NCBI RefSeq assembly: GCF_006345805.1 | Contig: NW_021824216.1 | Span: 1-19,276, forward strand | Direction of reading: 5' to 3' | Source: Octopus sinensis | Taxonomy: Eukaryota | DNA length: 19,276 nt | Shown here: positions 19,182-19,276 of the stretch, piece after piece | How the letters are laid out: each line of letters opens with the position of its first letter | Numbering within the stretch: the first letter of the stretch is position 1 | Notes under the pieces: generated by a model | What the model saw: only the letters and a program-made list of their open reading frames with translations | Told to the model about the DNA's origin: nothing | The model's database searches: none | Program-made: the position numbers and the translations under genes

Positions 19182-19276
19182 AAGGCAGCGAGCTGACAGA
19201 AAAGTTAGCACGCCGGGCGAAAAGTTAAGCGTATTTATAGTCTGGCGTTACGTAGTGAGTTCAAATTCCGCCGAAG
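19182..19276 (+). mobile_element. SINE type A head, cut by the window end
   Basis: GAAGGCAGCGAGCTGACAGAAAAGTTAGCACGCCGGGCGAAA...GAGTTCAAATTCCGCCGAAG. Confidence 0.88.

Overview
This is AT-rich, microsatellite-dense eukaryotic non-coding DNA (intronic or intergenic). I find no credible host protein-coding gene; almost all long ORFs in the supplied track are translated microsatellites or transposon fragments. The repeat families look like those I recall from octopus genomes (inference, not a database result). Contents: (i) about 14 tRNA-derived SINE loci of four modular types, labelled A-D here for convenience; (ii) three Tc1/mariner-superfamily relics: a 522-bp TA-flanked MITE, an 802-bp internally deleted maT-like element, and a mariner transposase C-terminal fragment; (iii) Penelope-like terminal repeats carrying hammerhead-ribozyme cores, one apparently intact; (iv) two unexplained long inverted-repeat elements. 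The most interesting signals are two. First, a SINE-A multimer built from exact 184-bp units, bounded by one perfect 16-bp TSD, with a fixed junction at the loop of the head hairpin that recurs at a second locus. Second, four hammerhead-like motifs from three unrelated repeat families within about 7.5 kb. Alignments and folds were done by eye; identities are approximate.
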